Shown here: positions 12,401 through 24,685 of the stretch, one piece after another
Layout of the letters: every line of letters starts with the position of its first letter
Numbering within the stretch: the stretch's first letter is position 1
Assembly (NCBI GenBank): GCA_002633005.1
Contig: NMRA01000085.1
Span: 231,708-295,707 of the forward strand
Direction: 5' to 3'
Length of the DNA stretch: 64,000 bases
Origin: Phoronis australis
Lineage: Eukaryota; Animalia; Phoronida
Program-made: the position numbers and the translations under genes
The notes under the pieces: model-generated
The model's input: the letters and a program-made list of their open reading frames with translations, nothing else
Told to the model about the DNA's origin: nothing
The model's database searches: none

Positions 12401-14335
12401 CACATCTGCAGTTTAACCACAAAGCCAGTTTATTTTTGTTGTTACATCTCCTCAAATCTTTACACTTAATTAAATTTCAGACTCCGCACAGCTGTTGATT
12501 CCACTACTCCGCTGAAAATATAGCATTAGATTAATTTTTAAAAGATTGACATGAAAATATTTGAGAGATTTGAAACATCTTTTGAGTGGTAGAGTAAAGA
12601 GGTTCAAAGGGTCATAATCGGCGCGAAATGTGATTTTCTGAGACCAGCCTCATCGCGGAATCGAACCTGTTACCCCGCGATCGCACCCAAACTTGCTGCT
12701 GGCGGAGCTAAATGGCATTTGGTAATGGCAGAGTATTTGATGCGAATTAAACTTTTAAAGTCACTAACCTTGGACGTAGAGAACATCGAAAATTGGCGAT
12801 TTAGTGTAGCAAAATGACAAAAGAACGTAGGCCTATTTTGTTGTTTTATAGCTCCCGTCAAAGCTTAATAACTACCCCATCAAACAGTAACCCAAAAATG
12901 CGTGTTCAGCAGTACCAACGCCCGTTTAGGATGTCACGCCATTAAATACTCCCCAGGATCATTTCCAGCGTTCCAAACGATACGAGGTCAAAATTTAATG
13001 CTACATCGACGTTATTCATATTGTCATGGCAACATATCGTGATATAAAGTTATCGTATTTGCTTTCAATAAATTCGGATTTCGTATGACACCTGACTGAT
13101 GGCCACATACAGGTGAGGAAGTCAGCTGCTGGGTGGAGTCAGGCTGTTGTTGCTATTTATTGGAAAATTTTGCTGTGTGATAAAAAGCAACGTCCATTCA
13201 GTTGCGAACTTTGAATCGGTGTACAATGGACCAGTTTCGCAACGCAAAATATTTGCGAGTTTGATCACGTGCTTAATATGTATCCTTTTACTTAAAGGTC
13301 TTTAGAAGAGTAGGTGACAGCTGAGTGAATCTACTGATTTGCAAGTGGGTCCCGCAGTCAGAAATTTTAAAATAAATTAGAACACATAGATTGATTTATC
13401 AAGAGAATTAAAATAAACGTACCAATGTCCCATTATCTCTTTTCTGAAGGCGGGGACATTGGGCGGGTTCGTGACAGCCGTCCCAAGCCCTTTACAAGCG
13501 ATGGTTATGGAATTCCAATCATGTCCTTCTGTTAGCGCGTTCTGGTTTTACTCGTTAGCGCGTTAGGCAGCACGGATTTCGAGAACGGGTTACCGATTTA
13601 GATTTGTACTCAACTGTTTAGTCTGTAAGTAGGCGTTCGACCTGTTGACCCTTTCATTCGTGCGTGAATGTGGTTCAGTCTGGGAGGCGCAATGGAATCC
13701 GTCTTACTGACCGCAGTAGGCGCTATGAAATGAGAAATTATCCCGGAGAAGACGCTTGTGGGGGTGACTTGTTAGAGGAAGGAACACAGTTTCAATGAGA
13801 AAACACCACACTGCACTAAGACTGACTTCATCCTGCGTGACATCCCTTTTTGGATCAATCGTAGAAATCTGATCTTGCCTTGAAAAATATCAAGCTGACA
13901 AGAATGAACTCAGAATTCATTGTCAGTCTGCCAGTTTGTTTACTATCTGTGATTTGGCGGCCTATTGGATTGCGAAGTCATTGACTGATCTGGGTCAGTG
14001 GCCCCGGGATATGAAAATAATTAGTAACATAATAATTAATAACATAATAATTAATAACATAATAATTAATAACATAATAATTAATAACATAATAATTAGT
14101 AACATAATAATTAATAACATCATGTAGAAATCAGAATCCTTGTCTGGAAGTCAAAAGTTTAGATCCGGGACATTTTTAAATTTTCTAACTCCAACGAAGG
14201 CTTGGCAAGCCACACTGCACACGTCTACAACCTTAATCGATTTAACGCGTTCTTCAGTGCAGACCCAGATTAACGCGTCCACCAGTTGACGTAGATCAAC
14301 CCTCTAATGAGTCTTTAGAACAAAAAGTCACACCC
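9380..14335 (+). repeat. ~2.5-kb tandem duplication (9380-11827 vs 11829-14335) joined by a single N; probable haplotype overlap
   Basis: The copies align end to end with scattered SNPs and small indels. The junction is exactly the N at 11828. Confidence 0.9.
14015..14120 (+). repeat. 15-bp minisatellite (AATAATTAATAACAT)n
   Basis: About 7 units here and about 4 in the duplicate at 11543-11602. Confidence 0.9.
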
Positions 14336-14793
14336 TTATATATCATGTAATTTTCCGGAAAATTGTCTCTTTGTAGCGTTAGCTTCTGAAAAAGTATTGG
14401 AATCGAACCGGATACCGGAATTCACTTTGTGATATTTGTTTCAAAACCAAATTAATTTTACAAAGCGACAGAGGTCGGTATACAAAAGCAAAGAGGCCTA
14501 CTTCTCAAAGAGCCCGTAGCCAAAGGGTGATTTTTGTTCTTTGGCTTCGGGTTTTGAAAAAAATTTCTGACTTTTAGCCTTGGCACGATTTCGTGAAACA
14601 GACTGCGCCCTCTGTGGACAGATTTTCAGCCGTTAGCCAAAAGAAATAGACTCATCCAGAAGCAGCCTCTGGTTTAGGAAAAAAGTACCTCGTAGCACAT
14701 ACCATTCGAGACTTAAAAGACATGACATTTACTGAACTATGGCAAAAAGTCAGCTTAAGAAAATGCACTCCTCCGGCACTATTGGCTTTCAGT

Positions 14794-15227
14794 GCCAGGT
14801 TGCATGAAACAGTCCCAAAATAGGGACTCAACTATGTGCCCTAAATCTTTTGCCTATTTGCATCTTTGTTTACTCACAGATGTAATCTGTTTTCTATCAT
14901 TTCATCTTTAGTATGATCTCCTCTTCGATTAAAGACATTTTCTTATTATATAACTAAAAAGTGAGCCCTGAATTCAATGAAAATAAACAGGGACTTAGTC
15001 CTTAAATTAGGAGCGTTGCATGAAGAGATCCCTATACATTTTCAATAATATTGAGAATTCAACGTCAAATTCACTCTCGATCTGTATCAAACCCAAAAAT
15101 TGATTTAGTAACGAAACTAAAACAGCATAAGAAAGGACAATCAGTGTTTTCACAAGTCCACAAATGCACATTAGATTTAGGGAACTTAATGGAGTCCCTA
15201 TTTTGGGACTGTTTCATGCAACCGGCC
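14794..15227. mobile_element. MITE with ~35-bp TIRs (PIF/Harbinger-like termini)
   Basis: GGTTGCATGAAACAGTCCCAAAATAGGGACTC and its reverse complement GAGTCCCTATTTTGGGACTGTTTCATGCAACC. Confidence 0.75.
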
Positions 15228-15238
15228 ACAGGTAATAT

Positions 15239-15402
15239 CAGTGGCGGAATTAAGGGGGGGAGGGGTAGCCAAGGGAGCCATGGCCCTCCTAAAATTCTTC
15301 CAGATTCCATTTGGCAATTCGGGGGTGCAAATTTCTGACGGACAAAATCCTGGCTAATACTCTGCCCTGCCCCCCAAACCCAAAATTCTGGATCCGTCCC
15401 TG
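15239..15402. mobile_element. Short MITE CAGTGGCGGA...TCCG(T/C)CCCTG
   Basis: Inverted ends. A homologous copy at 29975-30140 shares the internal CCAGATTCCATTT and CCTGGCTAATACTCTGCCCT motifs. Confidence 0.75.
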
Positions 15403-17810
15403 CATGTCATCGACCCTCTTAAAGGGATCGGATTCATGTTTCCCACTCCCTAATAGGGTAAGTATTCGAATTTCGAGCGTCTCACATCGTCAAAATAAAA
15501 AAGTTTCTTCTAGTTCTTATGAAGCTGAAAATGTCATTTCCACATGGTTACGTCTGGTTTAAAAGTGTTATCTTGGGCTGAACTCGTTCACAACTTTTCG
15601 ATTTCGGTTCAGTTTTCGGGCTCCCCAGATATCCAGATGCCTCTCTGAAGACAAACACTTAACCTATCCAGAAAAGAGATGTGTGTATATTACGTGTCTC
15701 AAAACAGAAAGACAGTCTATGGCACTATTTTTTATTTAGCCGAGCAGTTATGATAAAACTATAAACATATGCAGCTTAGATACATAACCGCCCACCGGAT
15801 GCATGTTCAGTGTTGACTCATGAATTCCTCGGTTCTTTTCGACAGTTTTTGATATGTCAATTGTTTCCCATTTACCAAGTGGTATGGTCCAAGCGGTCAC
15901 AAGATATGTTATCGACTGTTTTATGACATTCCACTTATTACCGCTTTAGGATACGCTAGGTAAGTACTGTCGAACAATTGTGATTAATTGTAAATTTAGG
16001 TGAAGTCGCTGACCTTGAGTTATGATAAAGTCTTGTACCTGCGTTTTTTAATTCCGATTTTCATGGCTTGTGAACGAGAAAGTTTTTTTCCTTTAATAAG
16101 GAGACTCCGTGAGTTTCAGTTGCTCAAAATTTAACTTCAGTACTGTTTATATCGGAATCGGTTTACTTTGAAAAAATGACGTCATGATGGATTAGAATTA
16201 TGGGAAATTGCTTACATCGTCTACCTTAATTTTTACGACCCATTTATGGTTCTTAAAGCGGCTATAAAACCAACTCCTATCACAAACAAAACAACATTTG
16301 GATTTAGACCGTCAAATTGTAGGTGATTTCAAGACTTTGAAGGAACTGAAAGTTTGGAATTGTTTGAGACCAGGCTTTGTGAGATGGCTTATCACTGCGT
16401 GCCGTTGTGTGCACCGAGCACGTCTCAAGGAATAACGAGCTGCCAGTAATTTGTAAACCTAAAAATCACTTCCTATCTGAGCAAGAAAAAATTTATGACC
16501 AATTTTATTGCGGTGAATAGTATAAATAAAATATTCTCTTCTTAGATGGAGCGCTGTTTGGATTGATTTCGCTTTAATGAAGAGGAAAGAATCTCCTAAT
16601 GGAACAATGAACCCGCGCCCTCTGTCGGAAAACATTTTTTTTGATTTAGAACAATTAGTACATGGTGCTATTATTAAGTCGGTCTCATATTATTTCTTGC
16701 TAAGAAAGAATTTCTAAGCTTGAGGAGAACTGACCGGTCGTTATTGTTTCTGGCCAGGCCAACTTTAAAGTTGCTCGTCACGACGGGTTAGTATCAATTG
16801 CTATTGCAATATGGCCGTCAGGGGATGTTTCAGACGATTTACTGTACCCGATTTGAATTTGAATAACGGATAAGCACGCGATGAAGTTTCTTTCGATGAT
16901 TTGCAACGCTAGGTAAAGAAAATAGATAATTGTAACAGCTTTAAGTATATTTAGTAAACAGGTGTACCCCCCGAGATATGGTTGTCCGCAATGTTCCCAC
17001 GGAAAGGCCGTCGGACCAGTTGGCTGAAAATAGAAATACGTTGACCTCGCGTTTCCGATCGTGATGGCTCGCCTATATATTTATACAGCGCACATCAGTG
17101 AAAAAGTATGCTGGCGGGGCTGATGTGCGATAACAAATAACAAAAAATGAATGAATGAATTAGTTTCATTATAGTATCATGCGATAAACAGGTTTATACA
17201 AATACATTATTTGAAATAAAAAAACCCAGCCCGTTGGTCTCATACGTCACTATCCGCGTTTTGGAAATACATTGTGTGCAGAAATAAGAAACTCACTGTA
17301 CAGACTAGCTAGTAAAAATTAACACTATCGCCCTCAGGTGTATGAAATAAGTTGTCAGACAAGTTGCCACTGCTTGCCTCATCAAATTCATGTTCTACAG
17401 CACACAGTGACTTCGAATAAACAGCACTGCGTTTTCTTGCCTCCATATTTGTGTGCCCTCAATAGAGGAGCACCAGCTCTTATCTGACAAAGCAGACAGA
17501 CGCGATCCGACGTATTGTGCGAACAAAAAAGCAATGGATGTCGAAATTCTGTACACAAGATGTATTGTCAACCCTAACTGTTTGTTTGTACACTCTTTCA
17601 CAGTGCTACGAAAGGTATAGGTGGCGCTGTGTCAGAGGGTACTTTGTGTGGTGATTTATAGCAGGAAGGATATCTGAGTAGATCAGACGATCGTTTGCTC
17701 ACGAGCACAGAACAACAAACGCACCTTGTCTCCAGAGAATGCTATCTCATTTATTGACGCCCACGCTGCACTGCCTGACAACGCATTACAATCGGATGCT
17801 GTGTATATGA

Positions 17811-18348
17811 TATGGAGAGCCAAAGCGGAAAAAATCCCAGGACACAAATTGTCTATTCAAAAATTAAATTCTCTGCAGGACTAAAAATATAGGCCCTACT
17901 CAAACCAAACTTTATCTCACCAAGACCTGTAATTTATCACGTTAGGACCAAAATTTAACACCTCAGGACACAAAATTTATCACGCCAGGACCCAAAGTTT
18001 ATCACACCAGGACATAGAATTTTCTTGCCAGGAGATTTTTTTGTCTGGAAAAAAATTAATGCCAGGAGGCCACGTGATAATGACGATCCAATGTGTCCAA
18101 GTGTACATTAGCTTCTGTTGTAAAACGTGGAAGAGATTGTCATGAAAATTTTCCGACGTGAAATTTTCCCGACGTGAAATTTCCTGTGAAATTTTCGGTC
18201 CTGACATGCTAAATTTTGGTCCTGGGGTGATAAATTATAGGTCCTGGCGTGATAAATTTTGATTTTGAGAATTTTTGGTCCTGCAGAGAATTTAATTTTT
18301 GAACAGAAAATTTGTCCCCTGGAATTTTTTCCGCTTTGGCTCTCCTTG
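17811..18348. mobile_element. Long-palindrome MITE, IS3EU-like
   Basis: Long inverted arms (GGAGAGCCAAAGCGGAAAAAAT.../...ATTTTTTCCGCTTTGGCTCTCC), TATGG terminus and a 6-bp direct repeat ATATGA on both sides (17805-17810, 18349-18354). IS3EU elements have TAY termini and 6-bp TSDs. Confidence 0.7.
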
Positions 18349-18509
18349 ATATGACGTCCTTACTCCGTATTTACACGTGATGGAAGGCTCACCTGTGATT
18401 TATTCCTGTTTGATGTTTGAGAGTATGGCTTCAATTGCAAACGTCTTTATGACTGTATGATCTTAAGTTCAATCAATTTATTTCGTGTCGTAACGAAGGA
18501 CACTTTTGA

Positions 18510-18863
18510 TGGATAAGGTGGGTGGACGCATACGACGGGTCTAGTGGATAAGACGAATGGATGAATGGAATGGATGGATGGATGCGATGGATGGATGGAT
18601 GGGTGGATGGATAAGATGTATGAATGATGGATGGATACGATAGATGGATGAAAGGATAAAATGGATGGATGGATGGATAAGATCGATGGATGGATGGATG
18701 GATGAATGGATAAGAAAATGGATGGATAAAGTGTATGAATAAATGGATGAGATGGATGGATAAAATGAGCGAATGGGTAAAATGAACGAATGATTATATA
18801 AGATGGATAGATGGACGGATGGATGGGTAAAATTAATGGAAATGGTGGATGAGATGGATGGAT
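18510..18863 (+). repeat. Degenerate (GGAT)n microsatellite
   Basis: Directly visible. Confidence 0.9.
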
Positions 18864-18976
18864 GTTTTAGCCGTGCGTTCTAGTTATTGTAGCATACAAA
18901 TTGCACCAATGAAAATTGGTTCTCATAAATTGGGATAGTTAGTGAATGTCAGAAACTGTGTCGTATTTGAATTGAA

Positions 18977-19358
18977 ATCAGGACCCAGAATCTAATCTTT
19001 GTACTCGAAACGAACTCGAAATTATATTTGGCAATTTCTCTGTTACTTTTGTGCGAACTCAAAATAAGTGGTTATTAGACTGTTCTCGAATTCATTGCAG
19101 TTTACGCATATGAGTTTCTAGTCCAAGTTTGCTCTTGATGACCCTTACATTCGTGCTACTAACTCAGTAAAAACCCGAAATTTCGAGTTCAAACTCGAAC
19201 TTTTCGCCTTAAATGTTGGGTTTATCAAACTAGGACTAAAATTTATCCACGTAAGTCATTATGTACTCGAGCATAGAATGATAGACACTTGTCTTGAGTT
19301 CGCACAAAAGTGGAGTTGAAAATGCCAAACGTAAGTTCGAGTTCACCCGGGCCCAGAT
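18977..19358. mobile_element. ~400-bp MITE (CTCGA-rich family)
   Basis: Aligns along its length with the copy at 34876-35286. A shorter relative lies at about 24180-24335. Confidence 0.75.
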
Positions 19359-20209
19359 CACTGCGTGATGTTGCCCGCAAATGCAATAAAAAGAACTCCG
19401 TCCTTATTTCGAGTCTTCCACCAAACAAGATTGTAGTGGACTAAATGAAAGAGCAAAAGAATTCGACCAAGACAGGATGCCAGTTATCACAATAGTTTCC
19501 TAAAGCAGAGTTCTAATTACATTTTCTTACATAACATTAAAACCCTCGGGCTATACTAATTTAATTGTAGGCCTAACTCCAACTAATATAAAACAGCTTT
19601 GCTGTGGACTGTGTCCGGTTTAAGCACATATTCGTATACATAAAAACAACCTGAAAAACAGAGTAAACATCGATAGAAAAATGTGCATAGGGTCTTAACG
19701 TTGAATCAGATCCCAGAAATCACGTCTCATCTGGATAAGAAACACGTTAACAGCAGCTTAAGCAGTAAAATAGCCTAAATAAAATTAAAAGGAAGCCGTT
19801 CATCGCAGTTATTATTCCGTTGCGTGGCAAATACAGATAACAGTGTAGCTGATGATTCGTTTGTAGTTTGTACTGACATATCGCTACTTGACCAATACAC
19901 ACACGGGGGCTGTACCCAGGTTATATTTGGGCTCAAGTAACTGCGGCAAGCGAAAAAACAGTTGTTTGGTGAACGTCAATCTGAAACTGCCGTAGATTCA
20001 TGCACTTATAATATGAAGTACTTAGGGTGTTTGACACTTTCAATTCTTATACCCGGCGTTGATATTAAGCAGACGAATATGTTTTGTTGCTTAAGGTCAT
20101 CTCGTCATTCGTAGTCAATACAAATTAACGAAATTTTATACATATTTGCGTTTTGTGGACTCGTCTGTTTTACTGTCGATGAACGCAACATTTTACCCAA
20201 ATTGGGTGT

Positions 20210-20343
20210 TTGTTCCCATACATATAGCAAAAAAGGCAACCTGTCCTTCATGGGGGCCATATTGTTAAAAATTTCGTCTTTTGTGGTACTCGAACCCGCA
20301 ACCTTTAGGAAACGCACACTCATCCCACTAGGGTACACGGCCT
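20210..20343 (-). mobile_element. tRNA-derived SINE head (degenerate)
   Basis: Minus strand GGCCGTGTACCCTAGTGG (A-box-like)...GGTTCGAGTACC (B-box-like). No intact cloverleaf. Confidence 0.4.
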
Positions 20344-21751
20344 CTTCTTATTGCTTGTTGCAAACGCTAACGTTTGAATCATGGTTATGATATGCCTCTT
20401 TCGTCGTGGGTGTAATGGAAAAACATCTCCACCCGCTATGACTCACTGAGTTGCAATGTATTTGACTTATAATTATTTTTCGATTCTATTGCCTTCGTCA
20501 GGATGTTTTTTGGTATCTGATCGTATCCGCTAGGAGACAAAATTGGATCACTGAATAAGTGTGACGTGGAGTTGTGGGAGAAAGTAAGGATCGTAAACAC
20601 GATCTAGAGGCATAAAACTGGATGTGGAGTTGTATGAAGATGCATTTACCTGACGAATACAGGTGTACTTGAATACAGTTGTTCTTGGCTGTGGGTCCCA
20701 AATCTAATCATTATAGTGATTGTAATGGTTATTCGCTTTGACATTCAGGTTGTGACCGAACGCGTTTGTTCGAATCCGCGTTGATAAACCTAGATTTTAA
20801 AGGACCTATAAAATTGCTAATTGATTTTACGTAGGACCTTATCCTATCGACAACCCTGCGTATTTTGCTGAGTATCTACAAAGATATATCTTTCAACTCA
20901 GTAAAATGATATATTTTCTGAAAGTGGATTAAAACCCATGTTTTTATTAAAAAGGGTACATTGGTAGTAAACCAGCGATATCGATAGCAAACCAATCGAT
21001 AACATGGCCACATTTCGTTTGATATAAAGTTCTTTATAAAGTCTCAAAAACGCTGTTACAATTTTATAGAATATAATTTCCTTTTCGAATAATACAATTT
21101 TGAGATTTTTCATGAAAATCGTGAAAGTGGAACATTTCAAAAACCAACGCTTCGGAGAACAGCGCATAAAGCACAGTACTTTTCGTATGAAACCAATCTG
21201 CCATTTCCGAGATGTGGTGTTCTGAAGTTTGGACATTTTTCTAGGGTCCCACATGACTTTAAGACTCTTCGCGGAAAGGGAAACTGTGACGGTAATTTGC
21301 CACAACTATTGCAAAGACTGCCCTGACCACATATGAAAAATCTCCCTGCCAAACAATTTACCTCAATAATTTATTTCAAGAAATACAATGTTTTTTGCAA
21401 CCTAGGATCCGCTCTTTTTAACTCGGCAGTTGTTTTCAGAATTCTCTCCCTGGCCGCCGTAGTGACGTCACAGTACTTTTAAGCATGAGTTCAAACTTTA
21501 TCTTTTGATGTTAGTAAGAGCATTGATAAATCAGTATTTGTTTATTTATTCTATGTTTATCATTCAATAATCTTCATGTTTCTTCAAATAGTTATCACGT
21601 TCATCTCATTTTCAAATCAAAGTAACTATTTCAACCACGTTACCCCGGGCGATAATATTGTTGCAGTATTGCATTATATTATTAATTATTCAATCCTTGC
21701 CTTATATGTTATATTTTGTGCGGAACACCACGAAAATAAGGTTTTTAACTC

Positions 21752-21810
21752 TCCACGTAAGCCGCCATGTTTAGCAGACGCCATCTTTTGGCTGACGCTG
21801 ATTGCATTGA
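21752..21810 (+). pseudogene. Fragmentary copy of the first coding exon of the claudin-like gene
   Basis: GCCATCTTTTGGCTGACGCTGATTGCATTGAT matches 23395-23426 (AIFWLTLIALI), with adjacent upstream similarity (TCCACGTAA...CCATG.TTAGC). Confidence 0.7.
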
Positions 21811-23304
21811 TTATTCACTCCTTGCCTTATATGCTGAATGTTGTATTTTGTACGGAATACCACGAAAATAAGTTTTAATTCCCTATGTTAAAATAGATGT
21901 TCTCGTTTATTTAGTTTATGTTTTATCATGTATTTACAGTTTGTACGTTTTCAGTGTTTCATTATTTAATCGTACGTGCGATTCTTCTAATAAAAAATAA
22001 ATCAAACCTGTAATCATCGCGTTTGCTGAGTTTTATTGCTCTAATAGATCTCTGCTTTGAGTTCAAACAAGGCATGACAGCCTTATCAGAGGTTCTCGTT
22101 GCCGTTGTCGTCATTTCTCTTTTTCGTAGTCACAGCAAATCCTGTAAATTATAACACCATAATGTTTCGCAAATCTATTTGAAATATTTTCTAAGCTACT
22201 TAAACTAACTCCCAACTGTAGCGTTCACGGTTTTAAAACCGTTCGTGCTACCGGGAGCCTTGTGGTTAGTGTTATTAAAACGATAAAGTTATTATAAAGT
22301 TAGTATACTTAATTATGGGCTAGTTTAGGTTTATCTCCAACCTTATTTTGTGACCTCTATTCTAACTAGTACATCAAAAAGACTAAGCTTTGTCAACTAG
22401 TAAAAGTATATATTTTATGAAAGAAAAAATATTAGGGAATATGAATATACTTTCTGTATTAGTGTACCATTAGTATTGTTACGTAAAAACGTTTTTAAGT
22501 CAAAATTTTATCTTTAAGAAAGGTACATTCTTAGCGGTCGATTTTAATGAAACTTTTTTTTAATGAATACTTCACCAGTTACCTCAAAAACGCTGTTAGG
22601 AATTTTCGATTAGTCTTCGTTTAGTTTCTATGACAAATCAACTCCCAAAACGTAAGGTACCTTGGTAAAAACCGTAAGTCGTATTCGTCTTTGTTACATT
22701 ACGCAAAAACAGACCTTTATATAAAAAATCCTAACGGCGTTTTTGAGACTGATGACTAAATATTGAATTTGGAAAGTTTCAGCGAAATCCACCGAGCCGT
22801 TTTCGAGAACTCGTGTTCCAGTTCAAATGAAGTCGTTTCTATGAGGGTAAGTTGGGAGGAACTGCCCTTGAAGATTATGCAAAACCGTAGAAAACGTCCA
22901 TACTTGTCTGAATTTAAACATAAAATATCAGAAATGGATGAACGGATTCATATGAAATTTTAAGATACTGTGAAATGCTCTTTTCTCCAAAATGGTATTA
23001 GGAATTACTTTTATAGTCAAACCGCTTTTGCATGAGGAGCTATCAAAAGTAGATGTTTTGTGATTTTTATGATAAAAAACCCGAAAAGTTACAGGCTTTC
23101 TGCTTTCAGAAAATAAATACTTCTATAGTTTTGCAGATATTCAGCTGAATGCGCAGACGTAAGAACAAGCATACCTCTTTTACAGAGGTCAGTGCGGGCA
23201 GTGGAACTGGTCCACTCTTCAGAGCACCCTGTAGTCTGCGTTTTTAAAAATACATGTATTTTCTTCTTCTAGTCAAGACAAGAAGACGAAATTGTTGATC
23301 CGCC

Positions 23305-23518
23305 ATGCCAACTGTTACAGCTAGTCGAACCGTGACTACCACCAGTACGTCTGGTGCAACTGTCCACGTAATAAGCCTCCATGGGTTAGCTGGCGCCATC
23401 TTTTGGCTGACGTTGATTGCCTTGATCACGTTTATAGTGGGGTTTTCCACTGTGGGCTGGTTTGGTTCCATGGGGCTATGGCAGAATTGTAGGTGCGGTG
23501 TGAATAACTCAAACGATG
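23305..23518 (+). CDS. PMP22/EMP/claudin-like tetraspan protein, coding exon 1
   Basis: Acceptor ttcttcttctAG at 23272, in-frame upstream stop, GCCATG start, TM1 followed by the W-x4-GLW-x2-C-x-C signature, and donor G|GTAAG at 23519 (phase 1). Confidence 0.85.
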
Positions 23519-24538
23519 GTAAGAGACTTGTTATCACTTAAATGCAAAATTTAAAAAACGTCGTTACTTTATCATGGAAAGTCCTTCCAATATCATGCAA
23601 GTATAACCCTTGTTCTCATAAGCCACACGAAAATGACTTCGACATGCTCGATCATACAATACAATACGTCCTGTTGGATTATGTGCATTTCTGACGTATT
23701 CCCACAAAGATACGCGGACTAATATTTAAGATAATCACGTATTTCATGACTTTTTGGAGATAAACGCTACACCACACGTCTCACTACTTGTGTTAGTTTA
23801 TTATCTCGTACTCGGCCGACTTTTCCTTAAGCGAAGACATATTTATGTGTTAACATGTTTGTCACTGTTCCATTTAGTGAAATAGGCAACAAACCAGACC
23901 ATCTCTTGAATTCGGCAATATTTCACGTAATCTCGCGAAGTCTTGCTTTTTAGCGAGATCCTAGCGTTAATAAACTCTTCCCTGGTAGAAGTTGTCGTCT
24001 TTGCTTCTCTTCCGTCACATTATGTTACTTGTCACGGCAGGCTAGTTTCAGACGTCTAGGCACTATGTCCGTCAAGAGAGTCCATAACGAGATTTGCTAC
24101 CAATTTCAATTCAAACAAATGATAAGAACGCGATGACATTGCTTAGAAAGGGCAAAACGTCTGTGTATAAAGTGGTTGTCATCAGAGTACGAGGCCTAAT
24201 CTCTGTATACTGGAAACTCGACTCAAAATTTGACCCATTGCACGTCACGCTTCGAGTAAACTTACACATTTTTACTCGAATCATGTTGTGCGATTGGTTA
24301 AATCTCGAGTCGGAGTCTGACGATTAGATCCTGGACCCAGAACGTTATTTATACCCACAATGTCTGAAGTTGTGAGTTTTCAAATTTGTACCAGTTGTTT
24401 GCTGACATTTTGGGCCACCACTGCGCATGCTCATGATCGCCTTACGCACAAGATGAAGTGCCGCATTACTCTCCACACACACATACGACCTGACATGGTT
24501 TCAGAAAAGACCAACTAATTCTATCGTTCACGTTCCAG

Positions 24539-24685
24539 CCAGTATCGTTGCTACCCAGGTTTTTATCAGTCTGGCGTTGGTGGCGCTGGTGATTGCCTTC
24601 ATCCTCGTTGTACTCTACATGTTCGTGCACAGCGTCAGCAAAAAACAGACGATACTTGGTGCTGTCATCTGTCTCTTTTTATGCG
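24539..24685 (+). CDS. PMP22/EMP/claudin-like tetraspan protein, coding exon 2
   Basis: Acceptor ttccAG, phase 1-1, encodes ASIVATQVFISLALVALVIAFILVVLYMFVHSVSKKQTILGAVICLFLC (TM2 and start of TM3), donor G|GTAGG. Confidence 0.85.

Noticed and set aside
9415-12861. Pairs of identical 60-84-aa ORFs suggesting a duplicated gene cluster
   Set aside because: They arise from the gap-bounded duplication and have no recognisable protein features.
13936-14127. ORF with NNIII repeats
   Set aside because: Translation of a 15-bp minisatellite.
20281-20343. tRNA gene
   Set aside because: A/B-box-like motifs are present but no complete cloverleaf is evident; more likely a SINE head.
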